NCBI GenBank assembly: GCA_035554095.1
Contig: DATMIX010000043.1
Coordinates: 303-64,302, forward strand
Reading direction: 5' to 3'
From: Gaiellaceae bacterium
GTDB lineage: Bacteria; Actinomycetota; Thermoleophilia; Gaiellales; Gaiellaceae
DNA: 64,000 bases
Part shown: positions 63,459-64,000 of the stretch, in pieces
Position numbering within the stretch: position 1 is the stretch's first letter
Layout: the number at the start of each line of letters is the position of its first letter
Translations under genes and position numbers: made by a program
Notes under the pieces: model-generated
What the model was told of the DNA's origin: nothing
Seen by the model: only the letters and a program-made list of their open reading frames with translations
Database searches by the model: none

Positions 63459-64000
63459 GGGACCGCCTCCCGCTCCGGCTCCACGGCCTCGGGCGCGCCG
63501 CCCCGGCTTCGAGCACCGGCCCCGATCAGGCGCGGCGAGCCCCGCTCCGGAAACGGCACGTCGATGACGTCGAAGTCCTTCGGCACCACTGTGTCGGTGA
63601 AGATCGTACGCGCCTCGCGAGCGACTTCGGGGCCGAAGTAGCGATTCGAGAGGTGCGTCAGCGCGAGCAGCGACACCTCGGCCTCACGCGCGAGGTCAGC
63701 CGCCTCGAGCGCCGTCGAGTGCGACGTCTCCCGAGCCCGTTCGGCTTCCTCGTCGAGAAAGGTGGCCTCGTGGACGAGAACCTCGGCTCCGCGCGCCGCC
63801 TCGAGCACGACCGGTGAAGGAGCGGTGTCGCCAGCGAGCACGATCTTCCGGCCCGGGCGCGGCGGCCCCAGCACCGCGTCGGGCGTGATGACGCGGCCGT
63901 CATCGAGCTCGACCGACTCGCCGCGCTGCAGGAGCCCGCGCTGCGGCGGCGCGATGCCGAGCGAGTCTGCCTCCTCGACGTCGAACCGCCCCGGCCGCGG
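63455..64000 (-). CDS. rnz: Ribonuclease Z / MBL-fold hydrolase, C-terminal part. The 5' end lies outside the window.
   Basis: The frame is open to base 64000: ...RFDVEEADSLGIAPPQRGLLQRGESVELDDGRVITPDAVLGPPRPGRKIVLAGDTAP...LVHEATF...HST...A..A....L.LTH.S.RY. Confidence 0.82.
   Translation of the reverse strand, partial: PRPGRFDVEEADSLGIAPPQRGLLQRGESVELDDGRVITPDAVLGPPRPGRKIVLAGDTAPSPVVLEAARGAEVLVHEATFLDEEAERARETSHSTALEAADLAREAEVSLLALTHLSNRYFGPEVAREARTIFTDTVVPKDFDVIDVPFPERGSPRLIGAGARSRGGAPEAVEPEREAVP

Overview
This is a high-GC (roughly 70% by eye) bacterial chromosomal segment packed with core housekeeping genes. I call about 60 CDS, about 53 of them on the minus strand, and many are joined by 1-8 nt stop/start overlaps with frequent GTG/TTG starts. 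From left to right the window holds the following. (1) A 5'-truncated secreted EEP/PKD protein. (2) rny, recX, recA, thpR, cinA and a rodZ-like gene. (3) A BMP-type nucleoside ABC transporter. (4) ftsK and rnj. (5) An HD-GYP protein on the plus strand. (6) dapA, a divergent FtsH-like protease module, a GNAT and dapB. (7) An M16 peptidase, pnp and rpsO. (8) A plus-strand serine-hydrolase/GGT-like pair. (9) ribF, truB, nrnA, rbfA and DUF503. (10) A plus-strand LVIVD propeller protein. (11) infB, ylxR, nusA and rimP. (12) dtd and an isolated PilB/GspE ATPase. (13) A long minus-strand string pyrR-pyrB-pyrC-NTase-carA-carB-pyrK-pyrD / mihF-gmk-rpoZ-coaBC-moxR-DUF58-transglutaminase-NTP transferase-TPR. 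(14) An M29 aminopeptidase, a methyltransferase and the 3' part of rnz. The mIHF gene, the actinobacterial pyr...mihF-gmk-rpoZ-coaBC order and leaderless-looking starts point to an actinobacterium. RNase Y and a Bacillus-like rimP...pnp...dapA-rnj-ftsK...cinA-recA-rny order suggest a deep-branching lineage; this is inference only. I saw no rRNA, tRNA, CRISPR, IS or prophage genes. I cannot point to a clear-cut novel multi-gene system, because this is mostly ordinary core genome. The items most worth a second look are: an FtsH-like protease with large AAA-module insertions plus a coupled unknown membrane protein; a 31-nt element present as two pairs in two intergenic regions; cis-regulatory RNA candidates (PyrR loop plus leader ORF, rimP-leader terminator, pnp-leader hairpin with anti-SD); an unknown protein coupled to RNase J; coaBC fused to a MoxR/DUF58/transglutaminase set; and a nucleotidyltransferase inside the pyr operon.
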